A stretch of 51,242 nucleotides of DNA from an uncultured Gemmatimonadota bacterium (GCA_964576115.1 CAZNUA010000024.1:1-51242); one strand, 5' to 3'; shown: positions 29,857-39,331, counted from the first letter of the stretch. Made by a program: numbers and translations. The notes: generated by a model from the letters alone, not told the origin.

Positions 29857-30369
29857 ATGCTCACTGCTCCGAACCGTGATCCCCTGAACGATCGCGGCTA
29901 CACCAGCTGTCAGCTCTGGGTCCTGACGGTCCTGCGGATCTTCATCGGCTGGCACCTGCTCTACGAAGGTCTGGTCAAGCTCTTCAACCCCTATTGGTCC
30001 TCGATGACCTACCTGCGCGAGTCGCGCTGGATCTTCCGGGGATTCTTCCGGTGGATCGCCGATCATCCCGGCCTGCTGAAAGTCGTGGATGTTCTCAACG
30101 AATGGGGGCTGGTGCTGATCGGACTGGCGCTCATGCTCGGGCTGTTCAGCCGCGGGGCGGCGATCGCGGGGGCGATCCTGGTCTTTCTCTACTGGCTCGC
30201 CAATCCGCCCTTCATCGCCTTCCGGTACTCGATGCCGCCCGAAGGCAGCTACATCATCGTGAACAAGAACCTGATCGAGGCGACCGCCCTGCTCGTGCTC
30301 GCCCTCTTTCCGACCGGGAGGAACATCGGTCTCGACCGATTACTCTTCCTGTCCCGGAAGAACAGGTAG
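29857..30369 (+). CDS. DoxX/DoxD-family membrane protein
   Basis: LRIFIGWHLLYEGLVKL, WGLVLIGLALMLGLFSR, GSYIIVNKNLIE, GLDRL; about four TM helices. Confidence 0.85.
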   Translation: MLTAPNRDPLNDRGYTSCQLWVLTVLRIFIGWHLLYEGLVKLFNPYWSSMTYLRESRWIFRGFFRWIADHPGLLKVVDVLNEWGLVLIGLALMLGLFSRGAAIAGAILVFLYWLANPPFIAFRYSMPPEGSYIIVNKNLIEATALLVLALFPTGRNIGLDRLLFLSRKNR

Positions 30370-30404
30370 CGACGCAGCCTCACGCGAGGAGTGGAGGGAT
30401 CGGT

Positions 30405-32138
30405 ATGAACTCCGAAGAGATGAACAACACCAGCGAGCCGACCGGAACCGGGTCGACGTCCCCGGAAGAGAGCACCCCCGAAGCGAGCCCGCCGCCGACG
30501 CCCCCGACGCAGAGCGGCGGGGCCGATGACGGTGTGGGTCGCCGAGATATTCTCAAGGCCCTGGCAGGCGTGCCTTTCGTGGGTTGGATCTTCTGGCGGG
30601 CACTCCGGAAGAAAGGCCTCGATGATTACCGCAAGGAGCAGATCCTCGAGGAACTGGGGGATCTGCAGGGGCCTTCCTTCGTCAGCGACATCCATCACCC
30701 GGCCGGAGAGAAGATCCGCCTCGGGATCATCGGCTACGGCGGTGAGGGAAACTGGCTGACCCGCTGTGCCGGTTTCGCCACCAAGGCGACTACCGACGCC
30801 TGGACCGAGGCCGTGGCGCGCGACCCCGGGCACACCGCCCTGCGCGATTTCATGAACCAGCCCGATCTCAACCTCGAGATCACGGCCGTCTGCGACGTCT
30901 TCGACAATAGGGCCGAGGCGGTCATGGATGCCGCCCGGAACACCACCCGGCCGGGGGGCGAGGGCAAGCCGGTACCCGAGGTCAAACGTTACCGGCACTA
31001 CCGCGACCTGCTCGCCTCGGGGGACGTGGACGCCGTGATCATCGCCACCCCCGATCACTGGCACTCGCGCATGGCGATCGAGGCCGCCCGGCAGGGGATC
31101 CACGTCTACCTCGAGAAGGCCATGACCCGCACCGAGCAGGAGGCGCTCGACCTGCACCGGGCCGTGACCGAGGCGGGCATCGCCTTCCAGCTGGGGCACC
31201 AGAACCGCCAGATCGAGAGCCACGAGAAAGCCCGCGAAGTGGTCGAGCGGGGTATCCTGGGGGACATCAACCTGGTCGAGACCACTACCAACCGGAATAC
31301 CCCCGGGGGGGCGTGGGTCTATGGCATCGATCCCGAAGGAAGTCCCGAAACGATCGACTGGGAGCTCTTCCAGGAGCCGGCCCCCCACCACGTGCCCTTC
31401 AGCGCCGAACGCTTCTTCCGCTGGCGCTGCTGGTTCGATTACGGCACCGGTCTCTCGGGCGATCTCTTCAGCCACGAGTACGACTCGGTCAACCAGATCC
31501 TGCACCTGGGTATCCCCGAGCGGGTTTCGGCCACCGGCGGCATCTACTTCTACCGCACCGACCGCTTCCACGACATCTTCGATCCCGAAGAATACCCCAT
31601 GCAGGAAAACCGGGATGTGCCCGATGTCTTCCATATCTCGTGCGAATACCCCGAGCGGCGGCTGACGCTGCTCTACAGCGCCACCCTGTCGAACAACCGG
31701 GGCCGGGGAATGACCTTCATGGGTCATGACGCCTCGATGGAGGTGGGTGGCAATCTCACCGTGTACGCCTGCGGAAATTCCACCCGCTACCAGCAGAAGA
31801 TCCGGCGGGGGATCATCGACACCTCCCTGCCGCTGTTCCACTGGCAGGAGGGCTCGGAGCGGATCGACGCCGTCACCTCGGCTTCGGACCGCTACTTCAT
31901 CACCCGCGGGCTGATGTACACCTACCGCGGCGGGGTGCGCCTGCCCACCAACCACCTGCACATCGCCGAGTGGCTGCGCGCCATCCGCGACGGGGGCACT
32001 ACCAGCTGCAACATCGACCGCGGCCTGGAGGAAGCCATGACCTGCCATATGGCGACCCGTTCTTACCTGGAAGGCCGCCGTATGCGCTGGGATCCGGTGC
32101 GCCGCCGGATCGTGCCTGACGGGCCGACCCGGGTGTAA
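30405..32138 (+). CDS. Gfo/Idh/MocA family oxidoreductase with twin-arginine-like membrane anchor
   Basis: GRRDILKALAGVPFVG, RLGIIGYGGEG, DAVIIATPDHWH, VYLEKAM, QLGHQNR, RFFRWR.WFDYGTG..GDLFSHEYD; GGAGG RBS before ATG 30405. Confidence 0.88.
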   Translation: MNSEEMNNTSEPTGTGSTSPEESTPEASPPPTPPTQSGGADDGVGRRDILKALAGVPFVGWIFWRALRKKGLDDYRKEQILEELGDLQGPSFVSDIHHPAGEKIRLGIIGYGGEGNWLTRCAGFATKATTDAWTEAVARDPGHTALRDFMNQPDLNLEITAVCDVFDNRAEAVMDAARNTTRPGGEGKPVPEVKRYRHYRDLLASGDVDAVIIATPDHWHSRMAIEAARQGIHVYLEKAMTRTEQEALDLHRAVTEAGIAFQLGHQNRQIESHEKAREVVERGILGDINLVETTTNRNTPGGAWVYGIDPEGSPETIDWELFQEPAPHHVPFSAERFFRWRCWFDYGTGLSGDLFSHEYDSVNQILHLGIPERVSATGGIYFYRTDRFHDIFDPEEYPMQENRDVPDVFHISCEYPERRLTLLYSATLSNNRGRGMTFMGHDASMEVGGNLTVYACGNSTRYQQKIRRGIIDTSLPLFHWQEGSERIDAVTSASDRYFITRGLMYTYRGGVRLPTNHLHIAEWLRAIRDGGTTSCNIDRGLEEAMTCHMATRSYLEGRRMRWDPVRRRIVPDGPTRV

Positions 32139-32153
32139 GGAGAGGAGAAGACC

Positions 32154-33365
32154 GTGAGCACCAAAGTACGCCTGAGCATCATGATGTTCCTGCAGTACGC
32201 CATCTGGGGCGCCTGGGCGCCGGTCCTCTCGACCCATCTGCTGGACGGACTCGGCTTCGACGGCGTGCAGGTAGGCTGGATCTACGCCCTGCTCCCTCTG
32301 GCCACCATCGTGGCGCCCATGCTCGGCGGCCAGGTGGCCGACCGCTGGCTGGCCTCGGAAAAGGTCATCGCCATTACCCAGCTCAGCGGCGGCGTGCTGC
32401 TGCTGGTCATGTCCCAGATCGAGTCGTTCGGCGGCATGACGGTGCTGATGCTCATCTACTGCCTGCTCTACGCCCCGACCCTGGCCATCACCAACTCGAT
32501 CGCCATGATCAACCTCGAGGACACCGAGAAAGAATTCGGCGGTCTGCGGGTCTGGGGCACGATCGGCTGGATCGCCGCCGGGTGGCTGCTGACCGGCTGG
32601 CGGGCCCTGGGTGAGGGTGTCATGATGCAGGGGGACACCCTCTTCCTGGCCGGGGTGTTCAGCGTGATCATGGGCATCCAGGCCTTCAGCCTGCCGCACA
32701 CCCCGCCCCAGAAGGAGGGGGTCAAACCCTTCGCTTTCCTCGAAGCCTTCAAGATGTTGAAGGACAAGAATTTCCTGATCTTCATCGCTATCACTTTCAT
32801 CGTCGCCACCGAACTGGAGTTCTACTACATCCTCACCGCTCCCTTCCTGCAGTCCGATGTGATCGGGGTCTCACCCACCATGACGCCGATGGTCATGACG
32901 ATCGCCCAGCTGGCCGAGATCTTCGTCATGGCTTTCCTCCTCTCGCGCTTCCTGAAGAAGTACGGTATGCGCAATACCCTGGCCTTCGGGGCCATTGCCT
33001 GGCCGATCCGCTACATCATCTTCGCCATCGGGGCGCCGAAGTGGCTGGTGATCCTTTCGCTGGCCCTGCACGGGTTCTGCTACGTCTTCTTCTTCGTGGC
33101 GGCCTTCATTTACGTCGACCAGGTGGCGCCGCCCGACATCCGGGCCTCGGCTCAGGGTCTGATCGCCGTGGTGGCGCTCGGTCTGGGCCGTTTCCTGGGC
33201 TCACTCTTCGCGGGATGGATTCAAGCCACCTTTACAGTCGGGGGAGTCACCAACTGGACGGGGACCTTCCTGGTGCCCTGCGTTCTGACGGTGCTGGCCG
33301 CAGCGGCCTTCCTCCTCTTTTTCCGGGAGAAAAGGGGCGGTGAAAAGGTGATTGTGTCGGCGTAA
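32154..33365 (+). CDS. MFS nucleoside:H+ symporter (NupG/XapB-like) permease
   Basis: RLSIMMFLQYAIWGAW, G.VADRW.ASEK, YAPTLAITNSI, LRVWGTIGWI, LPHTPP, LHGFCY.FFFV, RASAQGL; about 12 TM helices. Confidence 0.88.
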   Translation: MSTKVRLSIMMFLQYAIWGAWAPVLSTHLLDGLGFDGVQVGWIYALLPLATIVAPMLGGQVADRWLASEKVIAITQLSGGVLLLVMSQIESFGGMTVLMLIYCLLYAPTLAITNSIAMINLEDTEKEFGGLRVWGTIGWIAAGWLLTGWRALGEGVMMQGDTLFLAGVFSVIMGIQAFSLPHTPPQKEGVKPFAFLEAFKMLKDKNFLIFIAITFIVATELEFYYILTAPFLQSDVIGVSPTMTPMVMTIAQLAEIFVMAFLLSRFLKKYGMRNTLAFGAIAWPIRYIIFAIGAPKWLVILSLALHGFCYVFFFVAAFIYVDQVAPPDIRASAQGLIAVVALGLGRFLGSLFAGWIQATFTVGGVTNWTGTFLVPCVLTVLAAAAFLLFFREKRGGEKVIVSA

Positions 33366-33394
33366 TCGAGAGTAGCAGAAAGGGATAGAAGGAC

Positions 33395-34645
33395 ATGGCC
33401 AAGACGAGATTGGGCGTCGGGCTGATCGGCGGCGGTTTCATCGGGCAGTTCCACATCCGTTCCTTCACCGGAGTACGCGATGCCGACATCATGGGCATCG
33501 TCGATCCGGTCCGGGCCACGGCCGAGAAGGCGGCCGCACTGGCGGTCGAACTCGGGGTGGGGGAGCCGACCATCCACGATTCCATCACCGCCCTGGTGGC
33601 CGATCCCTCTATCGATGCGGTCTGGATCGGCACTCCCAACTTCACCCGCATCGAGGTCATGGAGGAGATCGCCGAGGCGGTCGTATCGGGTAAGGGCGAG
33701 CTCGTCGGTGTCTGCTGCGAGAAACCGCTGGGTCGTAACGTTCCTGAAGCCCGGAAGATGCTGGAGCTGGCCGAAAAAGCCAACCTGCTCGACGGCTACC
33801 TCGAGGATCAGCTCTTCTCCACCTCGGTCCAGCGCGGCAAGATGATCATCTGGGCCCGCGGGGCGGCTACCACCGGCCCCCCCTTCCTGGCCCGGGCCGC
33901 CGAAGAGCACTCCGGTCCCCACATGCCCTGGTTCTGGGAGGGGGAACTGCAGGGCGGGGGGGTTCTGAACGACATGATGTGCCACTCGGTCGAGGTGGCC
34001 CGCTTCATGCTCACGCCGCCTGGTGAATCCCGGGACGTGCTCACCCCGGTCAGCGTCAACGCCCACACCTCGTGTCTGAAGTGGCAGGATCCGCGTTACG
34101 TCGAGCACCTGAAGTCGATCAGCGAGGGCCGGCTCGACTATGCCGCCCGTCCGGCCGAGGACTTCGCCCGGGGGCTGGTGACCTATCACGATGCCGAGGG
34201 ACGCGAACTGATCGTCGAGGTCACCACCTCATGGTGCTATGTCGGGGCCGGCCTGCGGCTCACCATGGAACTGCTCGGGCCCGAATACTCGCTCTGGATC
34301 AACTCTCTGGACGCCGGCCCGAAGGTCTTCTTCAGCCGCAACGTGGTCGGTGATGTGGGCGAGGATCTGGTCGAGAAGCAGAACGCCGAGATGGGGCTGA
34401 TGCCGATCGTGGCCGATGAGGAGGGCGAGTACGGCTATACCGGCGAGAACCGGCATATGGTGCAGTCCTTCCTGGCCGGCAGGCGACCCGAGGAGAACTT
34501 CGGCGACGGCGTGAACGTCACCGAACTGCTCATGACGGCCTACAAGAGCGCCGAGGAAGAACGCACGATCCCCTTCCCGCCCCCCGATCTGGAGACCTTC
34601 ATCCCGGCCGTGGCCCGCGGCCAATGGAACCCGAAGAACCGGTGA
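33395..34645 (+). CDS. Gfo/Idh/MocA family oxidoreductase (cytoplasmic)
   Basis: GVGLIGGGFIG Rossmann motif, DAVWIGTPN, CEKPLGRN, GGGVLNDMMCHS. Confidence 0.88.
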   Translation: MAKTRLGVGLIGGGFIGQFHIRSFTGVRDADIMGIVDPVRATAEKAAALAVELGVGEPTIHDSITALVADPSIDAVWIGTPNFTRIEVMEEIAEAVVSGKGELVGVCCEKPLGRNVPEARKMLELAEKANLLDGYLEDQLFSTSVQRGKMIIWARGAATTGPPFLARAAEEHSGPHMPWFWEGELQGGGVLNDMMCHSVEVARFMLTPPGESRDVLTPVSVNAHTSCLKWQDPRYVEHLKSISEGRLDYAARPAEDFARGLVTYHDAEGRELIVEVTTSWCYVGAGLRLTMELLGPEYSLWINSLDAGPKVFFSRNVVGDVGEDLVEKQNAEMGLMPIVADEEGEYGYTGENRHMVQSFLAGRRPEENFGDGVNVTELLMTAYKSAEEERTIPFPPPDLETFIPAVARGQWNPKNR

Positions 34646-34665
34646 ACGCTTCGCAGGGAGATTTC

Positions 34666-36708
34666 ATGAAACGCCGCACGTTCCTGCCTGTCCTTCTCCT
34701 CGCGCTCGTCTTGCTCTATCCGCCGGGCGCTCTCCCGGCCCAGGAATCCGAAGGCAGCGAGGTGAAGATCGAGGACTTCCCCGTGGCCGTGCAGTGCTGG
34801 ACCTACCGGGCCTTTACTTTCCGCGAAACCCTCGACAAGGTTCGGGCTCTGGGACTGCACTACCTGCAGGCCTATCCGGGCCAGCGTCTGAGCGAAGAGA
34901 CGGGGGATCTGGCCTTTGACCACGACCTCTCGGTCGAGCAGCAGCGCCTGGTGCGCGGCTGGCTGCGCGAGACACAGATCACTCTGGTGGCCTACGGCGT
35001 GGTGGGTCTGGGCACTACCGAAGCCGAGCACCGGCGGGTCTTCGATTTCGCCCGGCGGATGCGCATCGGTACTATCGTGACCGAACCGGAAGCCGAGGAT
35101 TACTCGCTGATCGAGCGTCTGGTCGGCGAGTACGGCATCCGGGTGGCGGTCCACAATCACCCGCCCCCCAACACCTACGCCCGGCCCGAGACCGTGGCCG
35201 AGCGGGTAGAGGGGCGCGATCGGAGGATCGGCAGCTGTGCCGATACCGGCCACTGGCTGCGCACCGGGGTGGTGCCGGTCGAGGCCCTGCGTCTGCTCGA
35301 GGGCCGGATCGTGGACGTGCACCTCAAAGACCTCGATCGCTTCGACGAGCGCCGGGCGGTCGATGTGCCCTTCGGGCAGGGTGTAGCCGACGTGCGTGCC
35401 ATTCTGGCCGAACTCACCCGCCAGGGATATGACGGTTACCTGACCATCGAGTACGAGAATCCCGAGCAGGTCCGCACTCCCGAACCGGCCATCCGGGCGG
35501 GCCTGGAGTACCTGCACTCGATCATGTACTGGCACGGCTACGAACGCATCCTGAGCCGTACTGCCAGGGGATACAACAAGAGCGGGTGGAACCATTACGG
35601 TCCCGGCGTCTTCGAACTCGACCGCGAGGCCGGGGTGCTCACCGGGACCGGTGGGATGGGCCTGTTCTGGTATTCGGCGAAGATGTACCGCGACTTCGTT
35701 CTCGAACTCGACTACCGCTGTTCGGAACCCCGTACCAACAGCGGCATCTTCGTGCGGGTGCCCAAGGTGCCCGCGAGCGACGATTATATCTACCACTCAT
35801 TCGAGATCCAGATCGCCGACAACGGCGAGGGGATACACGCCACCGGGGCGGCGTATGACGCCGAGCCCCCCTCCCACGTGCCGGTCAAACCGACCGGGGA
35901 GTGGAACCATATGAAGATCACCTTCATTGGATCCCGCCTCATGGTCGAAGTCAACGGCGAACCGGTGGTGGACTGGCTGGCCGAGCCGCGCGGCAAGGTG
36001 GCCGACTTCGCCTCAGAAGGCTACATCGGCCTGCAGAATCATGACTGGGATACCTCGATCTCCTTCCGCGACATCCGGGTCAAAGAAATCCTTAACTCCC
36101 CCCCCGAAGGCTTTACCGCGCTCTTCAACGGCCGCGATCTCACCGGTTGGAAGGGGCTGGTGACCGACCCGCCTCACCGGGCCATGATGTCAACCGAAGA
36201 ACTGGCTGTGGCTCAGGCTGAAGCCGATGAGAACATGCGGGCCCACTGGAGTGTCTCCGACGGGGTGCTGGTCTTCGACGGTGGGGGGCAGAGCCTTTGT
36301 ACCGCCCGCGATTACGGCGATTTCGAGATGTGGGTGGACTGGAAGATCGGCCCCGAGGGTGACAGCGGCATCTACCTGCGCGGCACCCCCCAGGTGCAGA
36401 TCTGGGATCCGGCCCAGTGGCCGGTCGGTTCGGGAGGGCTCTACAACAACCAGATCGGGGTGAGCGATCCCCTCGCCCTGGCAGACAAGGGGATCGGGGA
36501 GTGGAACACCTTCTTCATCCGCATGGTGGGCGAGAAGGTCACGGTGCGCCTGAACGGCGTGCTGGTGGTGGATGAGGTGGTGATGGAAAACTACTGGGAG
36601 CGGGACAAACCGATCTATGAAAGCGGTCAGATCGAGCTGCAGTCGCACTCCCACCCGCTCTATTTCCGGAACATCTATATCCGGGAGCTGCCGCCCCGGG
36701 AGAGGTGA
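34666..36708 (+). CDS. exported fusion: sugar-phosphate isomerase/epimerase-like TIM barrel plus two DUF1080 (3-keto-disaccharide hydrolase) domains
   Basis: Signal peptide MKRRTFL...ALPAQE; AVHNH, ADTGHW, VHLKD and TIEYE metal motifs; domain 1 NSGIFVR...EIQI...GEWN...GYIGLQNH; domain 2 LFNGRDLTGW...DSGIYLRG.PQVQIWD...GEWN...GQIELQSH...FRNIYIREL. Confidence 0.87.
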   Translation: MKRRTFLPVLLLALVLLYPPGALPAQESEGSEVKIEDFPVAVQCWTYRAFTFRETLDKVRALGLHYLQAYPGQRLSEETGDLAFDHDLSVEQQRLVRGWLRETQITLVAYGVVGLGTTEAEHRRVFDFARRMRIGTIVTEPEAEDYSLIERLVGEYGIRVAVHNHPPPNTYARPETVAERVEGRDRRIGSCADTGHWLRTGVVPVEALRLLEGRIVDVHLKDLDRFDERRAVDVPFGQGVADVRAILAELTRQGYDGYLTIEYENPEQVRTPEPAIRAGLEYLHSIMYWHGYERILSRTARGYNKSGWNHYGPGVFELDREAGVLTGTGGMGLFWYSAKMYRDFVLELDYRCSEPRTNSGIFVRVPKVPASDDYIYHSFEIQIADNGEGIHATGAAYDAEPPSHVPVKPTGEWNHMKITFIGSRLMVEVNGEPVVDWLAEPRGKVADFASEGYIGLQNHDWDTSISFRDIRVKEILNSPPEGFTALFNGRDLTGWKGLVTDPPHRAMMSTEELAVAQAEADENMRAHWSVSDGVLVFDGGGQSLCTARDYGDFEMWVDWKIGPEGDSGIYLRGTPQVQIWDPAQWPVGSGGLYNNQIGVSDPLALADKGIGEWNTFFIRMVGEKVTVRLNGVLVVDEVVMENYWERDKPIYESGQIELQSHSHPLYFRNIYIRELPPRER

Positions 36709-38615
36709 GGCGCCGCCAGAACCCTCCCTCCTCCCGATCCCTCGTTCCCGGTGAGGAACTCCGCGAGCTTGAGAAGGACGTTCCGGTAGGTGCTGGGCAG
36801 CTTTGAGAACCTGTGCAGCAGATGAGTGCCGGCTTTCGACTCATCCCCGCAGGTTTTCAGGGCATCCCGGGCCGCATCGATGTAACCCTGGGCCTTCAGG
36901 ACCGCGATGCGCCGTAAGCCATCGTCATCGGGAGAGAGAGCCCGCCCCACGGCGTCAATATCACCGTCATGCTCCAGAAAGAGCCGGAAGCATTCCCCCT
37001 GCAGGTAGTAGGTCAGGCTGCTGCGGTCGGTGAGAGGAGGAATCTCCATCAGGTCCGATCGAACGAATGTGGACAGCGATTCGGCTGCCGACCTGATGTT
37101 GAAGCGATGGTCCTTCAGCACCTCGACGACCCACTCGCCGCGAGACTGGGACGGACGATACGGGGCGGCCGGCCTGAGGGGGTGATCCCCCCCGGAGTCG
37201 GTCACACTTCGTGGCGACCGGAACGGTTCTTCGTCAGAAGGACCAGGAGCAGACGAGCGGGAAAGCACTCCCTCCAGCGATTCCGCTTCCAGATGATTCG
37301 CGCCGTTCGACTGCAGGAGGATCCGTTCCACGATATGACGGAGCTCTCGCACGTTGCCCGGGAAATGATAGTCCCGGAGTCGATCGAGGAACCCTTCGGT
37401 GATCTCAGGGACGGGCATCGAGTTCTCGCCGGCGCACTGGCTGAGGAAATCTGAGGCCAGGAGAGGGATGTCGTCGGCGCGTTCACGCAGGGGGGGAATA
37501 TGGACCGGGTAGACGTACAACCGGTAGAAGAGGTCCTCGCGGAAGATACCGTCCCGTACCGCTTCCTGCAGGTCTCTGTTCGTGGCCGCGATCACGCGCA
37601 CATCCACCTCGATATTCCGGTTCCCCCCGATCGGTCGGAACCTGCGCTCCTGCAGGACCCGGAGGAGACGACCCTGGACCTGGAAGGGGAGATTACCGAC
37701 CTCGTCCAGGAAGAGCGTGCCGCCGCTGGCCAGTTCGAACACTCCCTTTCGATCGGAATGGGCTCCCGTGAAGGCTCCCCGCACATGGCCGAAGAGTTCA
37801 CTCTCGATCAGGTTTTCCGGTATCGAGCCGCAGTCCACTTCGATGAACGCTCCCCCCCGTCGCGGGCCGATCGAGTGGATCACCTCCGCGACCAGCTGCT
37901 TCCCCGTACCGGTCTCACCTTCGAGCAGAACGGTACAGGAAGCGTGCGCGACCGTGCAGATCTGATGACAGAGTTCGCGCACGGCGGATCCGGTGCCCAC
38001 GATCCTGACCAGTTCCGGATGGTGCTGCCGCAGCTCGGCGAGTGATCGTGAGTGCCGGTCGCTGCGGGCTGTCACACGCCCCTGGTACCGGCCGAGAGCG
38101 AGCCCCGCGAGGTATCCGACCGATCCGAGGAGATCCTGGAGGAAGGTCTCGTACCCGCGGTCTAGGAAATCGGGTCCCAGACCGATCAATCCGTACATGC
38201 ACCCCGAGGCGGAGAGGGGGAGCAGCAATTCCGGTTGCCGTCCCTGGAAAGTGCCGGAGATTCCGCTTTCTCCATCCCATTCTGCTCGGTCTGTCGGAAC
38301 CTGGTCGCAGTCAGGCAGCAACAGCGGTGCGGTCCGTGAGGAAAGATACTCGATCTGGTGGGGCGTCAGTCGCAGGGTTTCGGAATCGGATCGCACCAGG
38401 CCGCAGGTATGGACGGGTTTGAACACACCCTTTTCCGAGTCGGCCATCCAGAGTATGCCCCAGCGAGCTCCGGTCAGTCCGATGACGGCGGTCAGGACAT
38501 CGAAAGCCATCTGATCGGCGGAGGCCGAGGCCTGCAGGAGCCGGCTTACCTCATAGAGGGTCGACAGTTCAAAAAGCCGCTGGGCGGTATCGCTTTCGGT
38601 CTGCGGATGGTCCAC
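36675..38615 (-). CDS. GAF + sigma54-interacting AAA+ transcriptional activator (bEBP) with atypical C-terminus
   Basis: N-terminal GAF (LFELSTLYEVSR...LLLPL...GLIGLG); GETGTGKQ Walker A, ESELFGHVRGAFTGA, GTLFLDEV, LLRVLQE, FREDLFYRL, FPGNVREL. Confidence 0.9.
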   Translation of the reverse strand: MDHPQTESDTAQRLFELSTLYEVSRLLQASASADQMAFDVLTAVIGLTGARWGILWMADSEKGVFKPVHTCGLVRSDSETLRLTPHQIEYLSSRTAPLLLPDCDQVPTDRAEWDGESGISGTFQGRQPELLLPLSASGCMYGLIGLGPDFLDRGYETFLQDLLGSVGYLAGLALGRYQGRVTARSDRHSRSLAELRQHHPELVRIVGTGSAVRELCHQICTVAHASCTVLLEGETGTGKQLVAEVIHSIGPRRGGAFIEVDCGSIPENLIESELFGHVRGAFTGAHSDRKGVFELASGGTLFLDEVGNLPFQVQGRLLRVLQERRFRPIGGNRNIEVDVRVIAATNRDLQEAVRDGIFREDLFYRLYVYPVHIPPLRERADDIPLLASDFLSQCAGENSMPVPEITEGFLDRLRDYHFPGNVRELRHIVERILLQSNGANHLEAESLEGVLSRSSAPGPSDEEPFRSPRSVTDSGGDHPLRPAAPYRPSQSRGEWVVEVLKDHRFNIRSAAESLSTFVRSDLMEIPPLTDRSSLTYYLQGECFRLFLEHDGDIDAVGRALSPDDDGLRRIAVLKAQGYIDAARDALKTCGDESKAGTHLLHRFSKLPSTYRNVLLKLAEFLTGNEGSGGGRVLAAPHLSRGGSSRI

Positions 38616-38737
38616 ATCGACACCAGATCGGGCGTTCTGCTGTGAACGGTGGCTTCAGGTCGGGATCGGAATCGAACCGGATTCCCTGAGTCATGATGTA
38701 CGGAGGAGGGGTACCAGGAGTTTCGTGGAACGATCGA

Positions 38738-38769
38738 GGGAGGGCGCCCTCCGCAGCGGGCGCCCTCCC
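38738..38769. terminator. GC-rich stem-loop between the lipoprotein and bEBP genes
   Basis: GGGAGGGCGCCC (38738-38749)/GGGCGCCCTCCC (38758-38769) perfect 12-bp stem; no U-tract. Confidence 0.5.
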
Positions 38770-38812
38770 GGTAAGAATCAGATGATCGGTCAGTCAGCGG
38801 CGTGAATCCGCT

Positions 38813-39331
38813 TCAGGGGTTCAACAGGTCCTGGATGATTCTGACTTCCTGGACCGTCAGGCGCATCTGCTGTGTCAGACCATCCTGAAGACTCATTGAG
38901 ATTGTCTTATCGGTCGTGACCTCTGTCTGCACGATCCGGAAGTTCAGACCGGTCGAGTTGAGTTCCATCAGCAGCAGGTTCGAGAATTCGATCTTCGGTA
39001 CCTCATCCGTTCCCAGCCTGCCGTAGTCGACCTGCGTCAACCAGGTTTCGGTCACATCGATGCTCTCCGGATTGAGCGATCTCACCCGGGCGGCCGTGGT
39101 CCCAGCCAATCGGGGCAGATCGATCTGTTCCTGTTCCGCCCAGGCGTCAGCGATCACGCCGGCCAGCTCACTCGTCGTGCCCGAATTCAGGATCAGATCC
39201 ACGTTCGGACCGAAATCCAGGCAGATCGTACCGGATGCCTCATTCGATTCGCTCGTCGATCCTCCCGTGGGTGACTGCGCACAGGCGGACACCAGGAGCA
39301 GGGCGGCGGCCATATACGTCAAACGCTTCAT
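38813..39331 (-). CDS. hypothetical lipoprotein, 172 aa
   Basis: MKRLTYMAAALLLVSA-C lipobox, Ser/Thr linker; GGAGGA RBS upstream of ATG 39331; no family recognised. Confidence 0.75.
   Translation of the reverse strand: MKRLTYMAAALLLVSACAQSPTGGSTSESNEASGTICLDFGPNVDLILNSGTTSELAGVIADAWAEQEQIDLPRLAGTTAARVRSLNPESIDVTETWLTQVDYGRLGTDEVPKIEFSNLLLMELNSTGLNFRIVQTEVTTDKTISMSLQDGLTQQMRLTVQEVRIIQDLLNP

Noticed and set aside
29994-30404. N-terminal extension fusing the DoxX region to the oxidoreductase (714-aa ORF)
   Set aside because: The extension overlaps DoxX in another frame, is Arg/Pro-rich nonsense, shows no slippery site, and a GGAGG RBS precedes ATG 30405
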